Counted from the first letter of the stretch, positions 38,342 to 47,346 are shown. The stretch is DNA of 53,048 nucleotides from a virus (IMGVR_UViG_3300024302_000014:1-53048), one strand, 5' to 3'. Translations and numbers: made by a program. The notes: generated by a model from the letters alone, not told the origin.

Positions 38342-39369
38342 TAAGCACTCCTGTACAAATCAAGTATACGTTTGATATGTGCAGGAAAGTCTTGAGGTTT
38401 ATCTGTTGGAGACGTTTTCGACGATATAGTCACACCATCAGAAATTGCTTTCCTAGGTGTAGACTCTTTCTTGTAATAGTACGTAACTAAATCGTAACAG
38501 GCAAGTTTTAAATCATCAGGAGTAGCTGGGTAGCCACCCTTGTATGTAACTTTAACCGTGTCAGGTCCAGTAGGGAATTGTGAAATTAACCCTTGTGGTC
38601 CTACTCTTACTAAGCGGTCTGATTCGGCATCGAACATGTACTGAGGCTGGGCAACCCAAAAGTTGCCTGCGCTAGTACATGCTGCTGCGTTAGTGAAGCC
38701 AGAGGCACTGCAGTCCCCGGTCCATCTGTTGGCAGTAAAGTCCCATGTGTCACCTGCGGTGTGACCAGTAGTTGCTCCAAGTGTAACAGACAGCCCATTC
38801 TCTAAAGATTGTTCTGTACCTGTTACTGCGATTCCCGTTTTATACCAATTTGCACCCCCGTCTCTAGACCACTTTAAAGTGTCCGGAGATCCTGCGCTTT
38901 CGATTTCTACTCTATATTGACGACCCACCTCACCTGTAGTAGTGGTGGACTGGTAACTTTTGAAAGACAAGTCATTTAAGCCTGCCCCCGAATAAGTAAC
39001 TGCATGACATGCAGCTTCCGTCGTCTTTGTAGAATCACTACACTGAGGTTGATTAGATACTAATAAGTGATAGTTTTCAGCATTTGCTAAATTATCTTCA
39101 ACTGTTTTCTTATCTAATGTGTTGGTTTTACGTTCCTCAACTGAAACAATTTCCTTGATAGGAATTTCTGTAAGGTATATAAAGTCGTGACCTCCACCGT
39201 TAAAGTATTCTACTTTATCAGTTGTATAGAAGTCAAGAAAAGACCTATTGCAATAGGTTTTTACAAGAGCAGAAACATGGCCGATAAGCGTATTAAGCTT
39301 AGCGTCAGCAGTAGTACTATTTATATTTGTGTAGGCTTTATAATCACCTAAATCTACTAAATTTGCCAT
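38341..39369 (-). CDS. Head-tail adaptor (T5 p144/gp6-like) with internal insertion
   Basis: LVDLGDYKAY...SALVKTYCNR N-terminus and VKVTYKGGY...PDDLKLAC..L...FPAHIKRILDLYR C-terminus, flanking a Cys-bounded insert. Confidence 0.8.
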   Translation of the reverse strand: MANLVDLGDYKAYTNINSTTADAKLNTLIGHVSALVKTYCNRSFLDFYTTDKVEYFNGGGHDFIYLTEIPIKEIVSVEERKTNTLDKKTVEDNLANAENYHLLVSNQPQCSDSTKTTEAACHAVTYSGAGLNDLSFKSYQSTTTTGEVGRQYRVEIESAGSPDTLKWSRDGGANWYKTGIAVTGTEQSLENGLSVTLGATTGHTAGDTWDFTANRWTGDCSASGFTNAAACTSAGNFWVAQPQYMFDAESDRLVRVGPQGLISQFPTGPDTVKVTYKGGYPATPDDLKLACYDLVTYYYKKESTPRKAISDGVTISSKTSPTDKPQDFPAHIKRILDLYRSA

Positions 39370-39389
39370 CTGATTCCTTCTGTCCTTGT

Positions 39390-39424
39390 AAAAACCTACA
39401 GCCCCCGTAGGGACTATAGATTTC
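39390..39424 (-). terminator. Terminator-like hairpin after the capsid gene
   Basis: Minus strand TCTATAGTCCC-TACG-GGGGCTGTAGG (with G-U pairs) followed by TTTTT. Confidence 0.6.
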
Positions 39425-39448
39425 TATATTACTAAGTGTTAAGTACGA

Positions 39449-41446
39449 TTACGCGAATGTACCTACAGCTAGTCCACCTGATAAGTTACCTGCACCAGTT
39501 CCGCTTCCAGCAATGATTTGCTTGAAACCGAAGCGCTGTGTAGCAACTAATACACGTGATTGCTTCTCTACGTAGTACTCAGACTGAACGTTGAAACCAC
39601 GTTGACGAGGCATTAGGAAGTTAGCTTTATCAACCATTACTCCCCAAGTAGAGCCCGCAGTAGTAACATTAGGCATCTCTGGAGATACAATTACTGCCAT
39701 GCCGAACACTGTACCAACTTGACCGTTAAGTTTAGTAGCGTTATCAGCACCTACTAAGTTAACATCAGCAAACTCAGTATCTTGTAAAAGATCCCAGTAA
39801 GTATTCTGAGAAACAACACAAGCTAAGCCATTAGTGTTTAATCCGTACTTACCTAACTCACGACGTAACTTAAGAATATCAAGAGCCTTCACTTCTGTAC
39901 CCGCAGCTACAGTAGTTCCACCTTTAACAGCGATGTTAGTTAAACCCATAAACGGATCACCTGCACCAGTGTCACCAGCTAATAACTGCTCTTCAACTTT
40001 ACGTGCATGACCACGAACTAAAGAATCTTTAAGTAAAGGCATCATAGCGATAATTGAATCTTCATCAAATTCGTCGATCATAAATGTCTTACTTGCCATC
40101 TTAGCAGTTGTTAAGTAGATTTCACTCAATGTAACTGTCTTCTCAGCACCAGTTGTAGCGTCTGTACCATAAGTACCCGTACCAACCCAGTCAGCCTTAG
40201 CAGCATCAGGAGCAATTGGTAAAGTCATTTGAGCCGCGTTTAATTTGATTTCACGGAACAAAGGAGCAACTACTAGATTTTCTTGAACTTCTTTCTCAAT
40301 GTTATTTGAGATAATATGCTCATAATCTGTAGAAGAGATTTGACCTGATTGTGCACCACCGATTAAAGAAGTTGCTGCACCACCGGCTTTAAGCATTATG
40401 CCTAAGTCACCAGCTTTCTCAAGCATTTCACGACCGTGCTCAGTTTCGCCTAGTTGCTTACCAAGTAAAGAAGCAGTTAAAGCTGCAACTTCGAATTGAC
40501 CGTAGTCTACTTCGAAACCTTTAGTTCCTGCATGGTCAGAGAATTCCATCTTGTTTGAACGTAAAGCTTCGATTTCAGCTGCTTTTTCAGCGATCTCGTT
40601 CTTCATTTCAGACATTACAGTCATTGCGTCTTCTTGCTTCTCAGTAATACGTGCTTCTAGTTCTTTAACTAAACGCTCTGCACCTGTTTGGCCCATTTCG
40701 ATAATAGCAGCCTTTTGAGCTTCAGCTTCTGCTGCCGCTTTAGTTGCTGCTTCAGCAGTAGCTTTAGCTTTCGCTGCAGTCTCTGCTTGTTTCATAGCGA
40801 TATCAGCTGCAGTTTTCTTTGCTACTTCTGCCATCATTTCTTTGATTTGATTTTCATCCATTGTTTTATTTTCCTGTTCTAAATGAGCACCTATGGTGTC
40901 ATCCTTAGCACCAGTCATTGGTGCATCATTTTTTACATATTGAGATTTGAAAGCCTCAAACTCTTCGTTAGACCCATCAAAACCTTTAGCCAACGAAAAG
41001 AGGCTATCAGCGTTTGCTGGTATTGATACTACAGATACTTCGTGCAACTCTAAGTCTTTAATAACGAAAATATCTGTATCAGCGTCATAATCAGCGTCTT
41101 TAACTCTAAAGCCGACTGAGAATGCTTTGAGTATACCTTCTTTTACAAGATCGTATACTACTCCGGCAGATTTACTGATCTCTGCCACAATCTCTAAACC
41201 CTTATCTGTAACACTATAATCGACCATCTGACCTATTGGTTGTGCTCTATCATGGTATGCCAGGATAATTGGGTTTTTGAGATAATTAGTTAATGCGGAC
41301 TCTGTTCTCCAAGCCTCTTTTACGATAACATCACCAACTCTATCTTTGCTGGTAGTGTTTGCATATCCACGTACTGTAATAGTACCGTCTTCTGCCTCCG
41401 ATTTTGAAGATATTAAAGAGTCTAAATGAAAAGACTTATTTAGCAT
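39449..41446 (-). CDS. Fused HK97-type prohead protease and major capsid protein
   Basis: Probable start ATG 41446 with GGAGG RBS; protease motifs ILAYHD, AFSVGF, EVSVVSIPAN; coiled-coil delta domain and T5 pb8-like capsid fold in the same frame with no stop between. Confidence 0.9.
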   Translation of the reverse strand: MLNKSFHLDSLISSKSEAEDGTITVRGYANTTSKDRVGDVIVKEAWRTESALTNYLKNPIILAYHDRAQPIGQMVDYSVTDKGLEIVAEISKSAGVVYDLVKEGILKAFSVGFRVKDADYDADTDIFVIKDLELHEVSVVSIPANADSLFSLAKGFDGSNEEFEAFKSQYVKNDAPMTGAKDDTIGAHLEQENKTMDENQIKEMMAEVAKKTAADIAMKQAETAAKAKATAEAATKAAAEAEAQKAAIIEMGQTGAERLVKELEARITEKQEDAMTVMSEMKNEIAEKAAEIEALRSNKMEFSDHAGTKGFEVDYGQFEVAALTASLLGKQLGETEHGREMLEKAGDLGIMLKAGGAATSLIGGAQSGQISSTDYEHIISNNIEKEVQENLVVAPLFREIKLNAAQMTLPIAPDAAKADWVGTGTYGTDATTGAEKTVTLSEIYLTTAKMASKTFMIDEFDEDSIIAMMPLLKDSLVRGHARKVEEQLLAGDTGAGDPFMGLTNIAVKGGTTVAAGTEVKALDILKLRRELGKYGLNTNGLACVVSQNTYWDLLQDTEFADVNLVGADNATKLNGQVGTVFGMAVIVSPEMPNVTTAGSTWGVMVDKANFLMPRQRGFNVQSEYYVEKQSRVLVATQRFGFKQIIAGSGTGAGNLSGGLAVGTFA

Positions 41447-41717
41447 CTTTAACCTCCGCTTTTGGAGCCGCTTTTGGAGCCGCTTTTGGAGCCGCTTTTG
41501 GAGCCGCTTTTGGAGCCGCTTTTGGAGCCGCTTTTGGAGCTGCTGCAAATTGCTTTGCAATAAATCTTTGGAATCTAATATAAGACCCATAAGCTCTATT
41601 AATTACTGCGTAAGGGACAGGAACTTCTGCATCACTACGATACTCGCCTCTGTCCAATACTTTACCTAGCTTTTGAAAGTAACTTAGTACTTTTGATTCT
41701 AGTTCTGTTTTTGTCAT
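41436..41717 (-). CDS. Small basic protein with (AAPK)7 tail
   Basis: 93 aa, between portal and protease; 12-bp tandem repeat encodes APKA units. Confidence 0.7.
   Translation of the reverse strand: MTKTELESKVLSYFQKLGKVLDRGEYRSDAEVPVPYAVINRAYGSYIRFQRFIAKQFAAAPKAAPKAAPKAAPKAAPKAAPKAAPKAEVKDAK
41456..41539. repeat. 12-bp tandem repeat CCGCTTTTGGAG x7
   Basis: Seven perfect copies read directly. Confidence 0.95.
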
Positions 41718-41719
41718 TG

Positions 41720-42913
41720 TTATTCCTCTGAGTTTGGTTTAGGCTTTTTCGGAGCCCCACCTTCCTGACCTGAGACACCAGATGCTGAGCCAGATACATT
41801 TGCCGGAATTCGAACTTTTTCTAGTTCAGGATCCGATATATCCTCAAGTCTAAGCCTACTTCTTGCCTCGGCACCCGTCATAATTCCATTATTAACTAGT
41901 GCTGAGTAGTACTGGGCTTCATCTTTAAGTTCAGGTCTTAGGGCTTCTACACCTTGCACAACAATTTCCATGTCATACGAAAAGAACCTTTCTAAACCTG
42001 CTACTAACTTTCGTACTATTGGAAGTACTGTACTTAAGTAAAATAGTCGCAGATTCGGGTTTATATTAGCATTGTTACCGGAGTCTAGAAGGATAGGAGG
42101 AACTCCTAATGCCTTTAGGATTCTAGTCTCGTGCGCAGTAACTGCGTCTTCAAAATCTAAGTCTTTAAACGACTTCTGATTTATAGTATCTAACTCTAGT
42201 CCACCATCTAAGATTAGAGGTCTTCTGCCTCCTGATCTAGGGTTATACTTTCTGATCCAAGATTCTAGTAATCTTTCTTTAACTTTGGCAGATAATGTAT
42301 TAGGACTTTTTATTACAAGTCCTGGTACTGCGCCGTTGCTAAAGAAGTTATCTTGGAAGTCATGCATTTTAGCTAGTGTATCTAATGACCTTGTAGCTGA
42401 GGACAGTCTGGAGTCCCCTCTAAAGATAGAGTTTGCAGAGTTCTCCTTTATATGAATTATCTCTTCTGGCTTAAATTTCTTTTGCTCGTACTTATAGTGA
42501 TTAATAAAAGTTTTTTTGTCTGATATAATCTCTACGTTCTGTGCGGGTAGATGGTATAAGTGTGCTCCATCAAAGTACATAAATATGTTACCCTCAGTAA
42601 TAAAATCTAGGAATATAGCGCGTCTAAACGTACTACTATCCTGGTAAGGGTTCGGTTGATAATTTATCAACTGGTCAATTTTGTTCTTTCTAAGAAGAGC
42701 GTTCCCTGCGAAGGGTAACTTATCTCCTACATCTATGTTAATTGAAGCTGCGGCGTCTACAATAAGGTTAATACCTCTGTTAACTACCTCTACTTCTTTG
42801 TATGCTACGTTGTATCTTCTCCACGGTTTCGTCGATGCTGAAGAGCTTTCAGATCCGTGTATATCAGGCTGTGCTGGATTTAGTTTTGATACAAACTTAT
42901 CAAATAGTCCCAT
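41720..42913 (-). CDS. Portal protein (HK97 family, T5 pb7-like)
   Basis: KLNPAQP; PNPYQ..FRR...EGN.F; EIIHIKENS..SIFRG.SRL; NFFSNGAVPG; ILKALGVPP. Confidence 0.95.
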   Translation of the reverse strand: MGLFDKFVSKLNPAQPDIHGSESSSASTKPWRRYNVAYKEVEVVNRGINLIVDAAASINIDVGDKLPFAGNALLRKNKIDQLINYQPNPYQDSSTFRRAIFLDFITEGNIFMYFDGAHLYHLPAQNVEIISDKKTFINHYKYEQKKFKPEEIIHIKENSANSIFRGDSRLSSATRSLDTLAKMHDFQDNFFSNGAVPGLVIKSPNTLSAKVKERLLESWIRKYNPRSGGRRPLILDGGLELDTINQKSFKDLDFEDAVTAHETRILKALGVPPILLDSGNNANINPNLRLFYLSTVLPIVRKLVAGLERFFSYDMEIVVQGVEALRPELKDEAQYYSALVNNGIMTGAEARSRLRLEDISDPELEKVRIPANVSGSASGVSGQEGGAPKKPKPNSEE

Positions 42914-43277
42914 ATTCTTTTTTCCTACGTTTTTGTACCCAACGTTCTTGCTTTGGGCCGGTAGTCAGATTAGGCTTCTTACCATATATACTGTGAAGTT
43001 TCAGATGGTGCGTATGGCAGAGGGTTACTGTTTCGTCGTACACTTTCGCGTGCTCCTCTTCAATAAATCTGTCACGAACTCCCATGATGTCATCTACAGT
43101 ATTAATAGTAATTCCGTTCTCTTTCAACCATTTCTCTAATAACTCAGTCATTCCATAAAAGTGGTGAAAGTCTAATTCCTCAGTACTGCCACATATTTTA
43201 CACTCAGAGTCTTTATCGTATGCGCTCTTAGCGCGGTCACGGACATACTTTACTATGTCCCTCTTTAATTCTGTCAT
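42900..43277 (-). CDS. HNH endonuclease (T5 nicking endonuclease-like)
   Basis: CKICG..EELDFHH ... VTLCHTHHLKLH; between TerL and portal as in T5. Confidence 0.85.
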   Translation of the reverse strand: MTELKRDIVKYVRDRAKSAYDKDSECKICGSTEELDFHHFYGMTELLEKWLKENGITINTVDDIMGVRDRFIEEEHAKVYDETVTLCHTHHLKLHSIYGKKPNLTTGPKQERWVQKRRKKEYGTI

Positions 43278-43333
43278 ATAATTAACCTTGAATAATCAAG
43301 TATTTTTCTTATATCTCTAATTTTTATACAGTA

Positions 43334-43373
43334 ATTATACTTGTGTTGGAGCAAAAAGTCAAGACATATTTTT
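43334..43373 (-). promoter_or_regulatory. Consensus sigma70 promoter for head genes
   Basis: TTGACT (43362-43357), 17-nt spacer, TATAAT (43339-43334); upstream AAAAATATG. Confidence 0.85.
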
Positions 43374-43386
43374 CCGGTGTCCTTAA

Positions 43387-44688
43387 TCAAAAGGTAACGT
43401 ACGCAGCTACGAAGGTATATAAACTGTACCTAAGAGCATCCGCCATATGCGAAGCCATGTTATGAACGGGCTTCTCCTTTAGTAAATTCAAATTTGGATC
43501 CCATTGATACTGATCCAAGGAAGCTAAGGACTTTTTACATCTCTGATCTACTATAAGTTGGTTGTTCTCTACTATTGTAGCCACCGAGGAGATTCCCGCC
43601 AAAACATCTTTTGTAGCGTTGACCGTCGAAATATCGTAGTCTTGAGCCAGGTCCCACCGCATTTGCTGCGCGGCGGAATCAATGTAAATGACATCGATGT
43701 CCCACTTCTCTATTAAATCTCGAATAACTTCAGCATGCTGCTCAGTAGTTTTCTCGGCTTCCATGTATTCGTCGACAAGATAATATAGCTCTGTTTCCCA
43801 ATCGTAAGCCATTACACAAAAGGCAGTAGGGTCTCTATATCCGACATCGAGACCTGCAAACACATCCATATTGCTAACATCTAGATCCTCTAGGTCCTCT
43901 ACACAATTCTCGAAATCGAAGTCCCAAATCTGTCCCTCAAACTGGTTGAAGTCCGCAAGGTACTCCTGTGAAAATTCAGCCTTCGACATTCCCTTTTTAG
44001 CTTCTTCAATATCTTTAGCACTTACACGGGGATTTTCATGGTATGTAGCATGTATACTAGCCCAGTCCGTGAATTCTTCACTAAAACCTCGATGATAGAA
44101 GTCTGCGAACCAGTTGTTTCTACCACGAGGTGTAGATATGAAAATAGCCTTGGAATTTGGCTTGTCAAGAGTAGGTCTAAGAGCAACATTAAATGCCTCT
44201 AAGCCGTCTGATAATGCAGCCTCGTCGAAGATAATCAAATCATACGAACGACCAACCACGGAATCTACTTGATTCACAGAGCCCATACGAATAGTAGAGC
44301 CATTGGAAAGTTCAATAATTTTATCCTTCGCATTGTCTCGAGTTACCTCAAGATCGAAATGTTTGATCAGGCTACGCTGTAGATCGAATGAAATTTGAGA
44401 AAGTGAGTAGTTGGGACTCATTATCAGGATATTAGTACCAGGAACTAAGGCAGATAGCTGCCCTATAATATTTGATATATATGTTTTGCCCTGGCGTCGA
44501 GATAGTGCAGCAACAATAAACCTATACTTAGGGTTGTTAACTGCATTAAGTAGGGCTACCTGGGACCTAATCGGTTGAATCCCTAGTAACTCCATGTAAC
44601 TATCTATAGGTAATTTAATAAACCTATCTGCTTTGTCGAAAGTTTGAATACTTTCGGCACTAATATCATCTCTGCTAATCTCTAACAT
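43387..44688 (-). CDS. terL: Terminase large subunit (T5-like)
   Basis: Walker A SRRQGKT, Walker B LIIFDEAA, ISTPRG, nuclease GLDVG and SHMADALRY. Confidence 0.95.
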   Translation of the reverse strand: MLEISRDDISAESIQTFDKADRFIKLPIDSYMELLGIQPIRSQVALLNAVNNPKYRFIVAALSRRQGKTYISNIIGQLSALVPGTNILIMSPNYSLSQISFDLQRSLIKHFDLEVTRDNAKDKIIELSNGSTIRMGSVNQVDSVVGRSYDLIIFDEAALSDGLEAFNVALRPTLDKPNSKAIFISTPRGRNNWFADFYHRGFSEEFTDWASIHATYHENPRVSAKDIEEAKKGMSKAEFSQEYLADFNQFEGQIWDFDFENCVEDLEDLDVSNMDVFAGLDVGYRDPTAFCVMAYDWETELYYLVDEYMEAEKTTEQHAEVIRDLIEKWDIDVIYIDSAAQQMRWDLAQDYDISTVNATKDVLAGISSVATIVENNQLIVDQRCKKSLASLDQYQWDPNLNLLKEKPVHNMASHMADALRYSLYTFVAAYVTF

Positions 44689-44691
44689 TTA

Positions 44692-45126
44692 TTATCTCTT
44701 CATTGCGGCTGACCCAAAGTAAAAGCCTATAATATTCATAATAGCTACAGGTAGCCACTCTGGGGTTACAAACCCCTGTAAAGTAATGTACTCAGTTACA
44801 GTATGTGTAGTATCTATAAATAGGAACTTAACCCCCTCTGTAATCTCAATAGGTACATTGGTTTGAATCCCCAGAATAGGGGCCAGGAATACAATTCCGA
44901 TCCCTGCCATTAAACTCATAATAACTATGAAGCGCCTAATCCAGGCTGCATTAGGGTTCTGCATCTGACGTGCATTATTAACGCCCTTCTCTACTTGTAG
45001 ATTAGACTGCATTAACATTTTATGTTGCTCAGCTTTATCAGCCTGCGCCTGCCCCCACATCTTCATTAGTCCACCCATTGCGGTGGACCCTAACATACTT
45101 ATTGCTTCAATTGGTAATCCAAACAT
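44692..45126 (-). CDS. Holin-like membrane protein (3TM GTA-holin-like)
   Basis: Hydrophobic segments; WIRR and C-terminal IIGFYFGS motif. Confidence 0.6.
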   Translation of the reverse strand: MFGLPIEAISMLGSTAMGGLMKMWGQAQADKAEQHKMLMQSNLQVEKGVNNARQMQNPNAAWIRRFIVIMSLMAGIGIVFLAPILGIQTNVPIEITEGVKFLFIDTTHTVTEYITLQGFVTPEWLPVAIMNIIGFYFGSAAMKR

Positions 45127-45136
45127 ATATTCTCTC

Positions 45137-45442
45137 CTATTTCTTGCAATTGCAAGTAGTTTTCTTAGGTGTATCTAGCAGCTTATCAGCTACTTTGTAC
45201 ACTACTGCTTTTAGTCCAAAGATCACTAGTACTAGTATGCCTACGATAGTAGTGTACCATTCTGGTGCTTTGCCTAAGTTTTCCCACGCCTGAGCAAGAG
45301 TTACCTCGCTAAAGATAGGGGCTAGAAAGTTCATGACAATAGGGAAAGAGAATACAATTACTATTGCTTCATCCTTCCAACTATTGTCCATGCTTTCTTC
45401 TGCAATTTGATGATCTAGTTTCTTTTCTTCTTCCATATTCAT
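45137..45442 (-). CDS. Holin-like two-TM membrane protein
   Basis: SWKDE...P..PEWY...FG motif family with two hydrophobic helices and a basic C-terminus. Confidence 0.6.
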   Translation of the reverse strand: MNMEEEKKLDHQIAEESMDNSWKDEAIVIVFSFPIVMNFLAPIFSEVTLAQAWENLGKAPEWYTTIVGILVLVIFGLKAVVYKVADKLLDTPKKTTCNCKK

Positions 45443-45547
45443 ACTCTCTTACTCCTTGCCTAACAACAATACATAAATGGGGCCCAATCACAGGTCGCCA
45501 TGAGTAATTCACCATTTATATATGGCAAAAGTGCTACCCCTCCCATA

Positions 45548-46051
45548 TTAATTTGCAAGAGGATTGTCTAATGCTCGTTGTACCTTAGCATTTAACCTAT
45601 CCTCCAACTCTTTTATGTCTGTTTTATTAGATGCCCTTAATTGGTCACGTTTAGTTTCAAATCGTACTTCAGCATCATCAATCATATCTCGTACTTTATC
45701 CTCTAAAGCATTAACATCATCTTCTGTTCTATCCGATACCTTTTCAATTCTACTAATATCATCACGTAATCCGTTTTTGATATCTCTTGTATAATCCAAT
45801 GTACTTTCAATCTTAGCATCCATCAAATCCATTTGAGTTTGATAAGCACCAACATCTAAGTTAGCAATACCTTCAATCTTCTGATACATAGTGAATCCAC
45901 CATACAACGTACCCATCACTGTAGATAATACAGCGAATGCCATACCTAATTGTGTAGGGGTCAGTTTATAACCAAGGATACTAAATTCACCGTTGGCGAA
46001 CTTATCCTTAATTGCATCAATTTTATTTAAGTCTTTGCTTAGGTCTGACAT
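45548..46051 (-). CDS. Single-TM membrane-anchored coiled-coil protein
   Basis: TM segment LGMAFAVLSTVMGTLYGGF followed by a long heptad-rich region ending ALDNPLAN. Confidence 0.7.
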   Translation of the reverse strand: MSDLSKDLNKIDAIKDKFANGEFSILGYKLTPTQLGMAFAVLSTVMGTLYGGFTMYQKIEGIANLDVGAYQTQMDLMDAKIESTLDYTRDIKNGLRDDISRIEKVSDRTEDDVNALEDKVRDMIDDAEVRFETKRDQLRASNKTDIKELEDRLNAKVQRALDNPLAN

Positions 46052-46052
46052 A

Positions 46053-46451
46053 TTAATTCTCGAATTGTAATCTTCTAAGTTTCTTCAACTCTTGTTCTAA
46101 CTTCACCACTTCTAATCGTTTCTTTCTAAGTTCCAATTGGTATAACGTGTTACAGTTTATACGTTCCTTTGGAGCATTCAATGGTATTACTATCCTTGCA
46201 TATAAACCCAAATCCTTTGTTGTAGGATTATCTGGATCATCAGAACTAAATGGTGTTTGAGCATTATTAACAATACCTGTTATACCAAACTCCATATTCA
46301 TTGTACCACCAATAGCATTAGAACAATCTAAATTACCTGCTCTAAACTTATCAGATGCATAGCTATTTGTCATAGATGGTAACTGTAAAGACAATGCATT
46401 ATTAGCATTCACATTTAAACTTAACATCATTAATATAAAGAAGTATCTCAT
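46053..46451 (-). CDS. Exported protein with Cys-flanked amphipathic beta-hairpin and C-terminal coiled coil
   Basis: Signal peptide MRYFFILMMLSLNVNA; strands TMNMEFGITG and LGLYARIVIPL between two Cys. Confidence 0.7.
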   Translation of the reverse strand: MRYFFILMMLSLNVNANNALSLQLPSMTNSYASDKFRAGNLDCSNAIGGTMNMEFGITGIVNNAQTPFSSDDPDNPTTKDLGLYARIVIPLNAPKERINCNTLYQLELRKKRLEVVKLEQELKKLRRLQFEN

Positions 46452-46849
46452 TTTATCTTAGAACAAATCCTAGATGCTATACCTGTTGATATAACATCAC
46501 TCTTAATTAGTTTAGACTTAGAACAAATATATGTTGAATTACTCAAGTCTTTAGTATTAATGTATAAATCAAATGACACCGTTTCAAGATAATCCATTTT
46601 CATTATCTTATACGTTGTTACGAAGGGTACTGGTTCCCATTCAGAATCAAATACCCCTATTTCGTAATATGAAACATCACTTCGTCTATTGAATAATCTC
46701 ATCTTAGTTTTTTGAATACCTGAAATAAATGAGGATTCAAATTTAGGATAAGTTGGAGTCATCTCATGTGCTTTCGCGTCAACTGTCAATACTAGCCCTG
46801 CAATGAAAAATGCAACGCATATTAATATTGTGACTCCACTATTATTCAT
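46448..46849 (-). CDS. Exported protein, putative PapD-like (Ig-fold) chaperone
   Basis: Probable start 46849 (TAAtATG coupling); signal peptide ending AKA; beta-rich MRLFNRR..YYEIGVFD..W..VPF; C-terminal Cys pair. Fold is inferred. Confidence 0.55.
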   Translation of the reverse strand: MNNSGVTILICVAFFIAGLVLTVDAKAHEMTPTYPKFESSFISGIQKTKMRLFNRRSDVSYYEIGVFDSEWEPVPFVTTYKIMKMDYLETVSFDLYINTKDLSNSTYICSKSKLIKSDVISTGIASRICSKIK

Positions 46850-46850
46850 A

Positions 46851-47345
46851 TTACTTAGCGATACACTCAGCAACTAATACAGCACTGTATACACCACCTG
46901 GGAATGCTTTGTCATACCCGTTTGTGGCTGATAGAGTGGCAGAGAACCAAGTTGAGCCAGCAACCGTTAGGTCGTATTCAGTAGTAGCATCATATGTTAC
47001 CTTTGCCGCTTCATAACCAGACATACCAGCATCAGAAGTTTGTGCTACCGCAGTTGAACCAGTCCAAGTAACTGTATCAATTAAAGCAGGTGAAGATGAG
47101 AAACTTGTAGGAGTTGTAATCTTTGCTTTGTATGAATCTGCTAATGTGATATCATATCTTACAACTGGTAATACACCACCTGATGCAACTGCTGTACTTA
47201 ATGTATGTGGGGTAGGGTTGCCATACACACCTGGAATATCCGTTGTGATTAGACATCTCATTTGAACATTACCTTGTACAGGCACATCTGTTGCCATTAC
47301 GTTTAAAGCCAAAGTGGCTGCTACTACTGTTAATACGTTTTTCAT
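46851..47345 (-). CDS. Exported protein, putative fimbrial/pilin subunit
   Basis: Probable start 47345 with GGAGA RBS; signal peptide MKNVLTVVAATLALNVMA; N-terminal VPVQGNVQMRC and C-terminal PGGVYSAVLVAECI resemble chaperone-usher pilin termini. Fold is inferred. Confidence 0.55.
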   Translation of the reverse strand: MKNVLTVVAATLALNVMATDVPVQGNVQMRCLITTDIPGVYGNPTPHTLSTAVASGGVLPVVRYDITLADSYKAKITTPTSFSSSPALIDTVTWTGSTAVAQTSDAGMSGYEAAKVTYDATTEYDLTVAGSTWFSATLSATNGYDKAFPGGVYSAVLVAECIAK

Positions 47346-47346
47346 A

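Noticed and set aside
41456-41539. Tandem repeat as a CRISPR array
   Set aside because: No spacers and no cas genes; it is a coding repeat. The same applies to the collagen repeat at 50020-50283
41447-41590. N-terminal (LQKR)n extension of the 713-aa ORF
   Set aside because: It is an alternative-frame reading of the 12-bp repeat in the upstream gene; a GGAGG RBS supports the start at 41446
45460-45546. 28-aa ORF MGGVALLPYINGELLMATCDWAPFMYCC coupled by TAAtATG to the cassette
   Set aside because: Too short and featureless to support; could be a remnant at the cassette boundary
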